DNA of 64,000 nt, from positions 1 through 64,000 of the forward strand of contig JAAILG010001067.1 in NCBI GenBank assembly GCA_012026655.1, given 5' to 3'. Shown piece by piece: positions 13,601-27,200 of this stretch. This stretch comes from Hydrolagus affinis (Eukaryota). Position 1 is the first letter of the stretch. Each line of letters opens with the position of its first letter. Under the pieces are notes generated by a model that searched no databases, was not told the DNA's origin, and saw only the letters and a list, made by a program, of their open reading frames with translations. The position numbers were made by a program, and so were the translations under genes.

Positions 13601-14380
13601 CCCCCATAGAATTATAAAATAAGTATCAAATGTATGCAGCTGTTGCCTTAGCTTACTGATTAATTGGAAGAGGTACTTTTTTTAAAAAAGAAAAAGGTGT
13701 ATTTTTATGCAGCTGTTACCTTAGATTACTGCTAATTGGAAGAATGAAAAAATAATAATAATTTGCTCCTGGATTGTTTGCATTCTGGCTTCAGTTCGCA
13801 TTGGAAACCAGATGCAGCAAACAGCTGCAGGTATGCTTTATACAAAGCTGTGCTTAGTTGGAATGGGCCACTGTTTCCCATCAGGTTTGGCATATTGGCA
13901 AAGTGGCTTCCACACCCAGTGCTGAAATATAATTCTGTGTGTTATGGAATCTGGTGATAGTCACCTTAACCACCAATCAAAGCCATGGTAACCAAATATA
14001 CCTATTCATAATTGCTTGTGAGTGTGCAGAAGCTGGATCTGCTACTTATTTATGTAGTGATGATCTTTTGCAAGTAAAACTGTTAGGAAGTTGACTAGAT
14101 CTATTTCACTTCAGTTGAAACACATTAACTTTATGACAATGGATAAATGAAAACATTTGTAGAACATCCACTACTTCCTTGGTTGAAATTGGCTAAAACA
14201 GCGAAGAACTGGGATCGAAACTAGGACTATCCTGGTTGATATGACTCGGTGTCGCAGCATGCAGCTCAAGCACTAATTGAATTATGAGTGAGTCTTTTTA
14301 TATTGTTCTCGAGTTGCTTGGGTTAACCATTACAGATAGTGATGGGAGTTGCATTAAACATATCCATAATGGCATAGAGT

Positions 14381-14680
14381 AATAATAATCCTTGCACTAC
14401 TGTAGCGCTTTTCACGTGTTTATAGTTGTATCAGAGATCTTCACAGAATATACTGTAAACTGAATTGATTGTATATTTTGTGGGCAAAATGCAGCAGCCA
14501 ATCGCACACGGAAGTGTCCCACAAAGAGTCATGGATTGAGTGACCAAATTTTTTTTTTTTTCTTGAGGGATCATTATCGGCGTGTGGAGTATGGAAACTT
14601 GCCCAAGATTTCGTCCCGATGGGAATTGAACCCAGATTTCCCTTGCTAGGCAAGTGTCCTAACCACTGAGCTACAGGACT
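14381..14680 (-). mobile_element. Full-length SINE family S
   Basis: aataataatccttgca ... gggaattgaacccag ... ctaaccactgagctacaggact, the reverse complement of the 47453 copy. Confidence 0.9.
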
Positions 14681-16477
14681 CTTAAATGTGGTGAAGTTTA
14701 GTTCCAACTTTTTTGAATAAACTTTCTCTTCGACGCAACAATGTATTGGGGAATAAAACTTTCCATCCTGCAGCAGGATCATGGACTTTCAGATCAGATA
14801 TGGCCAATAAGGAGCTGAAAACTAGTATTGAGCACTATGTAAATCTTGACCTCAGAGTGCTTCCCTACTAAATTTGTAATATTTTCATTTTCTATTCCTG
14901 CCATCAATAAGGGCTGTTTAAATTCAACTGCAGATTTGTATTCAATTCAGAACATTATTTGGCTATGTTCCTGAACCCATGAGGAAATATGCTGAGATTT
15001 TCCCAAACTCATTTCACAGCAGATCCACTGCATCCACACAAATGGAGAGTTTCAATTTGTTGCTTGTCTTGGGTTTGTATAGACTGGATACAAACCCAGA
15101 CCAGGCTTCATTGAAGTGCTCGGCTACTTTGCGACTATGCGTGTTGAAATTGAGCAGAACTACTATCGCATCTATACGCACACTAATATATACATTGTAT
15201 AATAGTCCAATTAAACTAGGATAATTGTTTTTTCTAGGTGGTTTTGTATATTGTTTAATTGGAACTGAACATTGTCATTAATTGTTTTGCTCTAATACTC
15301 TTTCATAGCATTGTTTCCAAACATTATTTACCTCTGGACTTTGCAGTTCTGGATGCTTGAGAGGCCTTTGATGTAAAAATTAGAGATGAGAACCTCACAA
15401 CTTTTCAAGCATTCAGGCCATTAATGTGATTATTTTGTATTTTCAGTTAATTTTATCTTCCCATCTAGAGTAACTATTGTTTTTTTGACATTGGCTTAAA
15501 TATGCACCATTCGATAGAATGTATTTTGTTTTTAAATTCTACCAGAAACTCTTTTTAGTTCCACTGTGTAAACATAGATGGCCAGATATTTGAATAGTTT
15601 TCCTACTTTCTGTTTTTCTGGTAGATGTACCTTTCTGGTGTAAATCTTTGCAGCAGTTACTTGCAAAAGTTGTTGCTCCTTTGAAAATGTTGTCCCTCGA
15701 GCTCCTATGCTTTTACTTTGTTTTGCTGGTGCAGCACAAGTTTTTATATGAAAAATAGCTACTGTGCAAAAGTGCTCTGCTCAGTTACGCTATAATGATG
15801 ATGAAGTGGCATTACCAATCATTATTGGCACTCCAAACCAATTTGAGGGACTTGCAGTTCTGAAGTATATGATCGAGTGTCAATTAAGAGTAGTGGAGTG
15901 TAAGAACTTTCAGATCAGACCTTTAAACCCCCAAATTATGGTTTAAACAAATCAAATCCAGATTAATAGCAAAGATCTAACTAGAACTTTGCACCTATCA
16001 CTGATGACCTTTACATCTTCAACTGGAGAGCTTTGTAACTAATTTAGGAATTGCGTTGATTATAACTGGAGCTGCCATTCCCATTTATTGCCTTGTACTA
16101 CAACTAGATCTTTCTGGTTACTAGTAACCACTTACAAAAAGTGAAGAGCACTTAAAATAAATAAGTTTCTTCACTATTTGAACAGTCTTGATGTCACAGC
16201 ATGAGATTTAGGCTCCAGCTTTACCTTTTGTCAGAATGCTGCAAGAATGGCATTCTATAACAATTTTTGTCGGATAAGGCTCCCCAGTTTCATTGAGCTA
16301 ATTTTCATAATAAAGTAAAGCAATGCAGTATATTGAAGAATCTATCCAAGTTGATCTCCCGGGGAAATTTTCTCCACCCACCACCCTAAAAACCTAAGTA
16401 CAGAACTTCCGAATATCTTATTTACCAGTTTGTATTAGCACAGGTGGTATCAGGAACTATAATTTTAATTAATAAAA

Positions 16478-16645
16478 TAATGAATTGGTCACTTCAATTT
16501 ACAGCTGCATATGGGACACTGCTGTACTCAATTGGCTACCACGTTTTGCTCACAAATATACAGTCAATTCACTTCTGTGAAGTGCATCGAGATGCCTAAA
16601 AGATGTGAAAAGTGCTCTATCAAATGCAGGGATTATTGTTGTTAT
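16478..16645 (+). mobile_element. SINE family S 3' half
   Basis: aattggtcacttcaatt ... gtgaaaagtgctctatcaaatgcagggattattg. Confidence 0.8.
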
Positions 16646-16942
16646 TTCAACTTTTTTTTACATGTAACTAACTATCACTCTTGTTGCAAACTAGATTTTC
16701 CTCAAAACTAATTTTAAGCCTAGTAAATGGCATAGTACTGACTGATTTAGTTGAGAATGTTTACATATCCTGCTTCATGGGAAGCAACAATTACTTATCA
16801 AAACATAAAGCTTGTTAATTTTATACTCCGTTTCTGTGTTCACAGTTCAAGTTAACTGGCTTAAAGCCATGTTCTTCTCTATGCATCTCATTGATCCAAC
16901 ACATTGTCCATTGCAAGAACCACTTGCATTTATAATTACACT

Positions 16943-17051
16943 CTAATAATCCGTGCTTTTGATATAGCGCTTTTCACGTCTTCTAGACATCTCAGATTGC
17001 TTCAAAGAATATACTGTAAGGTGCGTTGGCTGTATATATGTGGGTGAAACG
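16943..17051 (-). mobile_element. SINE family S tail
   Basis: taataatcc ... gatatagcgcttttcacgtcttctagacatctcag ... tgggtgaaacg. Confidence 0.8.
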
Positions 17052-18904
17052 TATATAGAACACATCACACGGAGGAGCACTTGACTGCAGTATATAGTGA
17101 CCAAAACTGTAAATGCTATTCTAAAATATGATTTCAGTCAATATACAAAAAATGGCTGTGTACCTTGTAAAATAGGAAAACTTAAAATGTTACTGAAACC
17201 TGGTCTCATATAATTGTGCCTGTTGGATGAAATTTTCCCTTGTACAATTCTTTTTGCCCTTCGATATTCATAATTTCCCAACTTTTACACTCGCATATAA
17301 AATATTTCAGTGCACAAGTCTAAAGAATTGATTGACATTCAGTTTCAGGCTAATTCCATGGATGTGATTAGAGCAAGCCTACTCTTAATTCAAAGTGTCA
17401 ATTTTTAAGACAATTAATCACAACAGAAGCCAATTTCAGGAAGTCTCCATATGTCTGCTCATCATTGGTTTTCACTTCTCGTTTCTGGCTCTGATTGAAA
17501 CGTTCTCAAGAGTGATGGGGGAGGAGAATTTGTATCATATGCTCAGAATTTGCACCTTCCTTGAAATTCACTTCTGCTGTGAATATATTAAGATGAATGG
17601 TGCCTAGAATTCAATAATAACGTGCCATTAATCCTTGCAAGTTGAGTAGCATCCTTATTCAGATAAGTAAATCAAGCTTGAATAACCGTTGAATTTTTAC
17701 TATCACTTTAGCACAAAAACTATTAGAAATTAACTGTAGAATGTGCATTAGAATTTGAACAGATGTTGAGGAGGTGTGAGGTTTTGGCCGTTTGGATAGA
17801 TTGTATCCCACTAGTTCTCTGGGTATATCTTGCATATAGTCTAATGCTATTCATCGTATTTGTTGTTGAAGAGAGACAAAGTTGTGTTGCTGTTTTTTGC
17901 TCGCTGACTGTTTAAAGGATGCTTGCTTTTTGAAGCGAAGCAAATGAGCAGTATCTGACCTTGATGTTGAAATTGCTGAAGTCATTAAGTAAGTGACTTG
18001 ATGAATATGCGTACATTTGACGGCAGCTGCAACCAAATTCCAATTGGAACACGAGAAGTGGCTGGCATCATTCGCCTGATATTCCGTTGCTTTTCCTGGC
18101 TTATGCTATCATTTCGCTAGTACTGATCGTGAAAATAAGATTTAAAGGTTTTGTTGTGCAAAATAGGTGACTTTTCTGGCAATGTGCCGCATATGTATGA
18201 TACCATCACATATCTTGCTGTCATTGTGCCAGAAGTACCCAATCCCTCCCTTCAGAAATGCGGAGGCAAAGCAAAAGTAATGAGTAGAGAAGTGCTATAC
18301 TGAACTGACAGTACGTCCACTTTGATGCCACAGGATAGATGATATAAAGGAGGCATTAATCACATTATAGTGATCTGTAATTGATTTTTCTTTCACACAA
18401 TTCATAGTCTGGAAATTTTCAGAACAATTCATGATGTTGATCACTGGGCTGTGCAAAAGAATGTGTAGTGCAGTGTTTGTTTCCAACAGTGTAATCTGTT
18501 ATCTTTGGTGATCTGTTAGTAGTATGGTTTCGTTTTATGACAAAAGATGCTCTTTAGATGAATTGCAGCACATGTACCTCACATTAGATATACTCTCTTG
18601 AGGTCAAAAGCTTTTTCACTGCAGGGATGACTGCTCTGTTAGCTGCTTTGTTACTCCTTCTAAATCAAAATCTAAGGTAGCCAACTAGTTTTCCTTAATG
18701 CAGATCCTTCAAGCATTACTACTTGTGTGTCACTGGACAGTTCTTTTGAGGGAAATTGTGGCGGATCCTGTTATTATTGACAAATAATTATGCTACAGTT
18801 TTCTCCGTCTGTTATACTCAAGGTACTGGTTTGGTTTGAAACAGCCAAGTGTTGGTATGGAAATCTTCATTCTTAAAACTATATACATTCAATGAATATA
18901 TACA

Positions 18905-19816
18905 CAGGTAAACCTCTATTTACAACGGGGTTGCGTTCCTGAAAAACTGTATGCATGTCGAAACATCCTAAATCGAAACATGATTTCCCATACAGTCCCA
19001 TCATATAACCAGAGGTGCGTTCTTTTCACAAAATTTTCAGACCTTAAACTCACTAAATAACACACAAAACCATTCAACATAACACACAAATTAACAAAAT
19101 TAACACACATAGGCAAGAAGGGGTTCTTGGGGTAACTGTATGGTATATTACGCTGGTTCTGATCCTCAATCCAGACACACAGCATTCTTTCCATGTTTTC
19201 CATCACATCATTCCTATGTATTGCTAATCTGCTTGCACCTGTAGCTGTAACACACCTTGAACTTGCCAGTATTGTCCTTATTCTGTTTTATAGTACTCAC
19301 CGTCGATCTAGCTAGCCCTAAAGCCCTCCCGATGTCTGTACCTTTTCCACCAGAATCGATGTGCTTTATCACCTTCAATTTGGTATTTAAAGTGCTGACT
19401 TTGCGGGGTTTCTGGCCGCTAGTGGTATTACCGCTGTTCATTTCACTTACTGCTGTCTCTCCCCCGACTTGGTAGAAGTGCAGTAGAGGCTGTAAATCGC
19501 TCGGGAATGTTTGGAAATGACTGTAATACTGATGTGGTGTGGTGTCGCTTCAAAATCAGCTGGATTTTAAACAATGATGTGGCGACATGCTATTGGCCAG
19601 TTCAAACGCTTGGATTTACCCGCAAATACACTATGGACAAAAAGGACACGCGAAATGCGACTGCGATATTCAAAATATGTACTGCACATGCAAAAAAATA
19701 TTTTGGTCCTTAAAATGAATCCAAGTGTCATATATCGATCAAAAGGTGTTAAAAAAAAATTATGGTCCTTCAATCGAAATGTCTAAATAGAAGCGTCGTA
19801 AATCAAGGCTTACCTG
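18905..19816 (-). mobile_element. Internally deleted Tigger/pogo-type DNA transposon (TcMar-Tigger, Tigger1-like)
   Basis: TIR CAGGTAAACCTCTATTTACAAC at 18905; the right end reverse-complements to CAGGTAAGCCTTGATTTACGAC (18/22 identical). Right flank is TA and left flank is CA (decayed TA). Encodes the transposase N-terminus on the - strand. Confidence 0.9.
19141..19441 (-). pseudogene. Truncated, frameshifted Tigger transposase N-terminus (CENP-B-type HTH domains)
   Basis: MNSGNTTSGQKPRKVSTLNTKLKVIKHIDSGGKGTDIGRALGLARSTVSTIKQNKD, then a frameshift, then ILASSRCVTATGASRLAIHRNDVMENMERMLCVWIEDQNQRNIP. This is a psq/CENP-B_N HTH plus the start of the second CENP-B-type HTH. No DDE domain is present. 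Confidence 0.88.
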
Positions 19817-21227
19817 TATTCAGGTAGTGAAGGCCTGTTGACACCTTTCATCTGGGCTTCCTAAAATACCAACCTAACAAGGATATGCTGTCCAGTACTG
19901 CAGTAAATTGTAGGAGGTTGTCCTGAAAGTGGAATTCCTTCTATCAATTTGTGTACTTTAAACTTCTGCTGTAAGCATTGCTGTCATTGCATCACCACCT
20001 TTCATCTTTATGCCATTTTTGGGTGATAGACTCACAAATAGACCTGTAAAACCCAGAGCCTAGCAGTTTCCTTTGAGTCTTATGCAGACTCAGTAGGCGG
20101 GAAGGATAGAGACTCTAACCTTGTTAGTATAGGTTGAAGCATCTCAGACCATTGAAGTATACTTTCAGGTTTTATCCTTGGGTTGAGCATCTATGTTTTC
20201 ACAAACATAGATTGTTTCAAGACGTTTTAAGGCAAAGTGGTCAAGTAATGGAATTATTAACAGATTTTAAATGTAAGAAACTATGTCAAAGATCGGAGGT
20301 CTTACAGGTGTGCAATCTTCCCTCCAGAAAAGTTTAATTGTGAACATACCTGAAATGCATACAGGATACTAAGCAACACTTTAAGCTTGTAGGTCTTGGA
20401 TATTTTGTTTTCAGCATTTATAACGATAGTCAGTGTAAATATACTGCTAACACTCTTGAGCCACTAGCTACCTTCCAGTTGCATTTCCTGCCTTTAGATG
20501 TATTAGATTGGGCATACTGCACTTGTCTGAGCATGTGCAAATTGTGTGTGGCAGGTATTTTATCAGTGATACCTACCATTACTCACCAGTACATAAAGGG
20601 TAATTTTACTGAATCCATTGCATCATAAATATAGGATTTGTTCCACACACACCTTCCCTGGCAGTTTTCTACTGATGGTATTTGACGTTATTTTACTGGA
20701 GATTGTATATTGTGTACAATACCTTGTTTTTTCCCCCAAAAAATGCTGGTTGGTAAATCTGATTTCTTTACTTTTGACACCCGGGTTGAAATCGTATGAC
20801 ATAATGATGTGGAACATTGTACAGCAAGCTGTGTTAACTTGGTAATTTAGTATAAATTATAACTATAATAGATATGCTTTTCTAGTTAAACAAGGTTTTT
20901 TTAATGTGTTGTTGCTATTTCTTGAAACAGATGCACCAATTCCATTGCCAAACTGACAAACTATCTGAAATAATTGTTTTGTGTTTGTACTGTAAATCAA
21001 CAGAAATTTGGATTGCAGTCAGTTGCAGTTGTCTTCTGAGGAAGCAGAACAATAGTTCAGAATGTGCAGGTGGCTGATCTCACATCCTTTAACTTTGCCT
21101 GAAATTAACCTGATCGCATATGTGAGTGCTGTTCAACTTGTATTATTCCTACCCATATATCTCCTATTCCTCTCAGATTGTGGTGCTACATTTCTGGGCC
21201 GATGCTTTTGAATTGACCTGAAAGGAA

Positions 21228-21282
21228 ATAACAACAACAAAATTACACTTATATAATGCCTTTCACGCCAGGAGGACGTCCC
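21228..21282 (-). mobile_element. Isolated L2 tail
   Basis: acaacaacaaaattacacttatataatgcctttcacgccaggaggacgtccc; near-identical to 45290-45355. Confidence 0.7.
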
Positions 21283-24200
21283 AATTGAGCATACAGGTAG
21301 CTGCTCTGTTACAGATCTCAGGACAAGAATGACTTCCATTAGCTGCCAGCTGTGAAGTGTGAACGTAAAGATAAAATGATCACTGCAAGTTCAACTCAAA
21401 TTGGTCGCCCTGCTTGTTCATAATTTTTGTTTTTCCATTTAGATTTTTTTGTACTGTTAATGATCAAGAGTTCAGTTACGCATTCGTGTTTGTATAATGC
21501 TTCAGAAATGTGTTGTGAATCTGCACTCTTGACATCTAATCCATGTGAAAAATCAGGGACAAGGAGCTGTTGTGTGGTTTGTTTGCTGGAACAGCATCTG
21601 CCCTGCAGGTTGCTTTGATGGCTGGATAGCTGGAATGGAAGTGTGCCAATGGATATTTTAAGCTCTTGTTCGTTCATGTGGGCTTTTTGATAATTGATCT
21701 GGAAATGTATAGTTTTGAGTTAACGTGCAATTCGAGTAGGAAAGTTAATTTGGTTTATGCCTGCCTTCTGCATTTTGTGTATTCAAATTTGCCTGAATAT
21801 TTGGTATGCATTGCCTGCAGCAATTTGACAGAGCTTGCTCCCCATGATGCATTAATTTGCATATTGCTAGTAATGAGCAAAAGCAACTGCACATTCATCG
21901 TATTCAGTACATTCTCTCCAAGGGAGGGATTAGTTCCATTATAATATGCTTGGTGATAAGAGCAGGATAATAAGAAAAATAGCATTTCAGTCTCTTAAAC
22001 AACTTAATTTAATAAAGTGAATCCAAGATAATCTATGTTTCTTTTCGAAGATCTTATTTGTAACATACTTTCAAAAATAATGATTGTTAATAAAAAGAAA
22101 AATCTTTGTAATTTTGGGTAGTTCTGGTAAAATTCAGTTTTTAAGTATTCTTAAAGAAATTTTAGTTGATCATCTTAATTTTTTTTTCTTGTGACTAATG
22201 TGGGAGAAGCTGCTTGCTCATGTGTCATAGCTGCAATTAACGCACATGAGTAATTGATGGGTAAGAAGTACAGTGTCAGAAAGTGTAGGGGTTTAACAAG
22301 AAGCGGGTTTGCTTATTGCAATAATTTCATGTAGTAGAAATAAAAAGAAAATCCTAGGATGCAGGAAATTTTGAAACAATCGTAATCTACGGGAGTACCT
22401 AAAATAGCAAATTGGGTTGACAGCTCGTCTATGGTCGTGCTTCAGCGGAATTATTTCATGTGTTTTCTGAGATTCAGAATTGCCACTTCTTGAGGAAATG
22501 TACTGGAGTGCCATTAGAAACCGCTACAGGCTTTTTTTGTTGGCTGGTGTACCAGACTCTAACATAGTATACTAATTAATGGTGTATGTCTAGTTACTTG
22601 AATGATGGTAACACCAATACATGTTGTTGAACTTTCAGGTTTAAATACTTATACTTCACCTGGTATTCACAAAGGAATACAGTTTCAACTGAAAAGTTTT
22701 GAAAATCAAAACATGCAACCAGATATTGTTTATTTGAAGGAAAATTCTTTTGCTTTATGACCATTAGTTTTTTTTAAACTGACCCTGTGGTGAATAATAT
22801 GTAGCAGGGGAGCTGGGCTTTCTGTGAGATGGTGTAACCTCTAAAAATGAGCAAGTGAATGAATTAAAATATTATGTCAAACACAATTTAAAATCTGTGC
22901 AAATTTCATTTAATTTGTTGTTTTGCATAATTTTAGAATTTAAAAACGGGTAAGAAGTAAATACTTTGAGTGACCTGTAGCTTTTATTGGGGAAAGGAGA
23001 AAGGAATAATAGATGAATGAGGGTAATCGTTTTTCATGCAATAGTAAACCTTCTCTAGCTCTAACAGTAACACTACCTAGTCATAGGTGAGTTAAAGATG
23101 TTCTCTTGTTACCTAGATCATTCTATTTCCCATTTTACTTGTCAGCCCCCTAAAATAATCTGTAATTGAATAGATCTCCCTATAGTGACAAGGCTAAGAT
23201 CTGTCAGAATTGACCCAATCAATTTGCATAGCACTTATTAATGCATATCAAACTTGCAATTGCATAATTATTTGGTTTAGAGGGTTCGGCCCTCTACAAA
23301 GCAATCCTTTTCTAGAGGAATAAAATTAAAGAAGTTTCATTGATCAGGATATTTTTAATGCTCAAAGCAATGTGTGTATCCAGAATGTCGTTGTTTGTGC
23401 TCAAAGATGGTGGTTTCAGTTTCAGTTTGTGATTGTTAGCTAACTCTAAAGAGAATGAATGTCCTTCCATTTTAATTTTTGTTTAGTTATGCGTGCACTG
23501 TTTTGTAACAGCTTACTTGCCTTTTGTTCAAATGCTGAGCTTTGATTACCTCTATTATTTCAGTAGCTAAAGAGGAAAAAACATGCAATATTAGGGAATA
23601 ATGAATTTAGTGTGTATCATCTAAATTTACTGAGACAGAGTAAATCCAGTGTTTGTGCTGGTATAGTTAAGAAAATTATACTGTTTTCAGGCTTGTGATC
23701 AAGCATCATATCTAAAGTATTAACTTGTTTACTATAATTAATCTTGTATTAGCTATATTGCTGGTCACATCCGGAGGACATTTCAAGGCATTTTGCAGGG
23801 ATTTAGTGTAGCAGATTGTAACTTTGTAGGAGAACTACAAAACACAGAAGCTATAATTGTTCTGGTTATGTATGTATTATCATTTATAGTTACATTTTTC
23901 TTTGTAGTGTTGTACTGCAACGTTTCCAATAGTATTTCATAAAATATGACAGGACTACCCAGGCTTGGGGCCTTTTTCCAAATGTTGTTGGATGGTATTG
24001 CTCCACAGTTAATAACAAAAAGGTGTGCTTTTGGTGGTGGACAGAAAAGGAAACTGATGTGACCTGGTGATGGAAGTGTGTATGTTGTGGGCTAGTTTGA
24101 CCCAGAAGAGGAGGAAAATTGGTCTGACACAATACATACTGCCTTCCACCCTACCACAGTCTTGTAAAACAAATGGTTTGCCCAGAAGTAAAACCATTGA

Positions 24201-27200
24201 TTTGGTGTGTGTAATCTTCATTGGTATTCCTGGTAAGATTGTTAACATCAACCAAGCATTAAAAAGACTTGCTGTGGTATAGTTAGTGTCGTAGTACATT
24301 TTCGCTCCTAAACATGTGTCGATGGGAAGAGAGCAGAGGGATTGATTCCTACATTATGCTTAAAAAGCTAAAGGATTCTTTTCTAGTCAAGTGAAGGGAT
24401 GAAAATGTAAATCTAGTAATTTTGCTAGTGTACTGCAATAATTTGATTACAGTACAGAAATTAAAGGATTGATCTCTGCGTCTGTGTTTGTGCCATTGAG
24501 CTGATCGTTGAACTTCCTGTGCCCTATAGTTTGACCTTCATTTCTCTGGCATGTGGTAATTTTCAAAACCGCATTATCTTGGATCATGTGGAATCATTAC
24601 AGATAGTCTGTTCATGGAATGTCTTGTTTGCTAAAATGAGAGCTGCAGCTTTTAGTGTCAGTTTCATTTTACAGAGTCCTGCTTCTAAACAAAACTGCTG
24701 TATGAGGCATTCAGCATAACCTGATGTGTATCACTCCTTTTCTGTCTGCAACAGCAGCATCTTGGAGATGTAAATGTTTTCTTTCAAGAATTTTGGTGGA
24801 CTGGCATTTCTCCTTCCTCTGTTACCTATTGCTTCATAGATCACAATCTGTACTCTTAAGTAGTTTAAAAAAATCTTAATTGCTATTTCACCCCCAAAAA
24901 AGCTTTACATGCAATGAGAATTTTCTGCTATGTAACAAACTTGGGTCATTTTAAAAACAGTTTCAGTGTTTGTTTGTAGGGGAACCGTTTGAGAATGGAT
25001 TGAGATAATGCATGGGAGGGCAAGGAGTATCTTATTGCATTCACTAGAACTTGCCTGATGAATTGCAGTTCTGAATAGTCTCCAGGTACAAGTACTTTAT
25101 AAATGTGTGTAATTTCTTTTGCTCTGTAAAGCTACAGAGAATTGTTGAATAATACCTAATACTGTATCTTTATACTCTTATTTCCTCTTTAAGAAACTAC
25201 ATCACTATGAGTTAGACATACAAACAATGTTTTCAACAAATGTGAACTTCATAATCCCTTAATCGCATGCCAGTTATCTGGTATGCATTATATTGAATTT
25301 TTTTTGGTCAGCCGGGTGTCTGACACATGCGAAATCCCATCACCGTGCTTAAGAGCATCCAAACCAAATGTTCCATACATTCCACTTGTACATGGAAATT
25401 TCAGGGAGATTTATTGGAATGGAATGCACACTCTCTCTGAAGGGATGTATCCTGTTTACCTCATTTCTGAGAATATTGGGTGTGGGTTTGCAAGAGCCAA
25501 GACTTCAAGACCCCTGAATGTGCATTGGAGGTTACCGGTAAAGTCTAACTAGCCAAAACTGTTTTGGGAAATTCTAGAAGAAAATTGGTATGGTTTCAAT
25601 TGATCTACTGTTGTAGATCTTTCCAAAATAGTGGTCACTTTGTTATAGGAATAAATATGTTTTGCATCAAAGAATGTGAGGTGATGTTTAATAGTTTTGT
25701 CGAATTTGGTGTGTGCAATTGATGATTTTGAAATGATATTTTAATATGTACCTTTTGAAGGAGGAGATGTTTTAAAGTAGTTTACAGTTTTTTTTATTGG
25801 TCAGGCATGGGTGTTTGACATATGCAATAATCTATCGTCCTGCTTGAGTACTGAAACAGACAGATTTCCACATTTGCATTAACAAAAGAACACAGCTCAG
25901 CCAATGAGAAAACCAGCCTATGAGAAAATCTTTTTCTCAGGAAGATAGTCACTAGTTGGTCATTAGACAATTGGTGACTGATAGTTTAAAGACTATGCAC
26001 CAAAACCGTGTGTGGACGTGTTTATGGCATGAAGTTGTGTAAAGGTAATGTCAGAATGACAGAGATGGTAAAATATTAAATATGGATGGTAGAGGCAAAA
26101 TGAAGAGTAATGGTCTTTGAAAAGTATACAAGCAAATGACACTAGAGGAAGAGGATTGCCAAATTAATTATTAGAAAAGCTAATATAAAACTAAAGGAAC
26201 AATATGATTGGCATTTGCATTCTTTCTCCACAGCACTACAGAGGGGGGTAGTGTTGAGCTTGTCATAAATTCCTCACACAAGTCTGCTGTATCTCATACT
26301 TACAGCTTGGGAGGCAGTGTGTAATTTCCAGGTGCGTTGCTTCAGGGTGGAAAATTAGACAGCAATTTTTTGTCTAGGTTGCCCATAGAAGGTTACTTCA
26401 TCCATGTTGTTGAAGACTTGGAAATGGTATGAGGAAACGCAATAATTGGACAGTAAAAAGCCAAAAAGTAAAGTCTGCAAACATTAGTCTTGGTTTTGCT
26501 AATATCAATCTGTCATAAAAACATTGTTAATTAAAGTTGTTATCCTTGGTACAGTATTTTGATGGTAGTCAGTGGTATGGAAAGTTTAGGTACTGTGGGA
26601 GGGAGAAGATTTGAAACTATATTCTGATTACTACAGTATTCTTGAATGCTTTGCAGTATGAAAATGTATCTAATGGTGTGTTTAACCTACAATGTATTTG
26701 AGAATCGGATCAGCTAGAACTGGTTCTTAGGTTGCCCGAGGCTGTGGTGAATAGAATCCATCCTGTTTTAGACTATTTGAGGCAGAATTCCAGGAAGTTT
26801 GACAACTTAGAAACACCTACAAGCGTGTAAACTCAGAAAAGCAATTACTAAGTTAAACTTGTGGCTTTTTTTTCTGGTTGATTTCTGAGACTGCAGAGTA
26901 TGTTAGCAGATTCAAAACTGGAATTCTGGCCTGATTAGACAGGCTATAAGCACAACCTGCCTCTACCAGGATTTGTGGCAGTCAACCCACTTGGTACTAT
27001 TACCTTTGACCGTGGTCTTGAAAACCCTTTGGAGTCTGTGCTGTCAGATAACCACTATTAATGCCTGTGGAAACTTGGACTTGACACAATTGAACATAAT
27101 TATCCCTTTTGCAATAAACTCCAGCATGTTCTCCCTCTTTAAAAGAAACCCTTCAGGGACTTTGACTTTGAAAATCTTACATCTTGTGCCATATATGTTG

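Noticed and set aside
17850-18135. Slightly CpG-enriched block as a possible snoRNA or ncRNA
   Set aside because: I could not place paired C/D or H/ACA boxes with a terminal stem; an Rfam scan would be needed.
19507-19786. Overlapping short ORFs in the Tigger 5' region
   Set aside because: Non-coding transposon leader; no recognisable domain.
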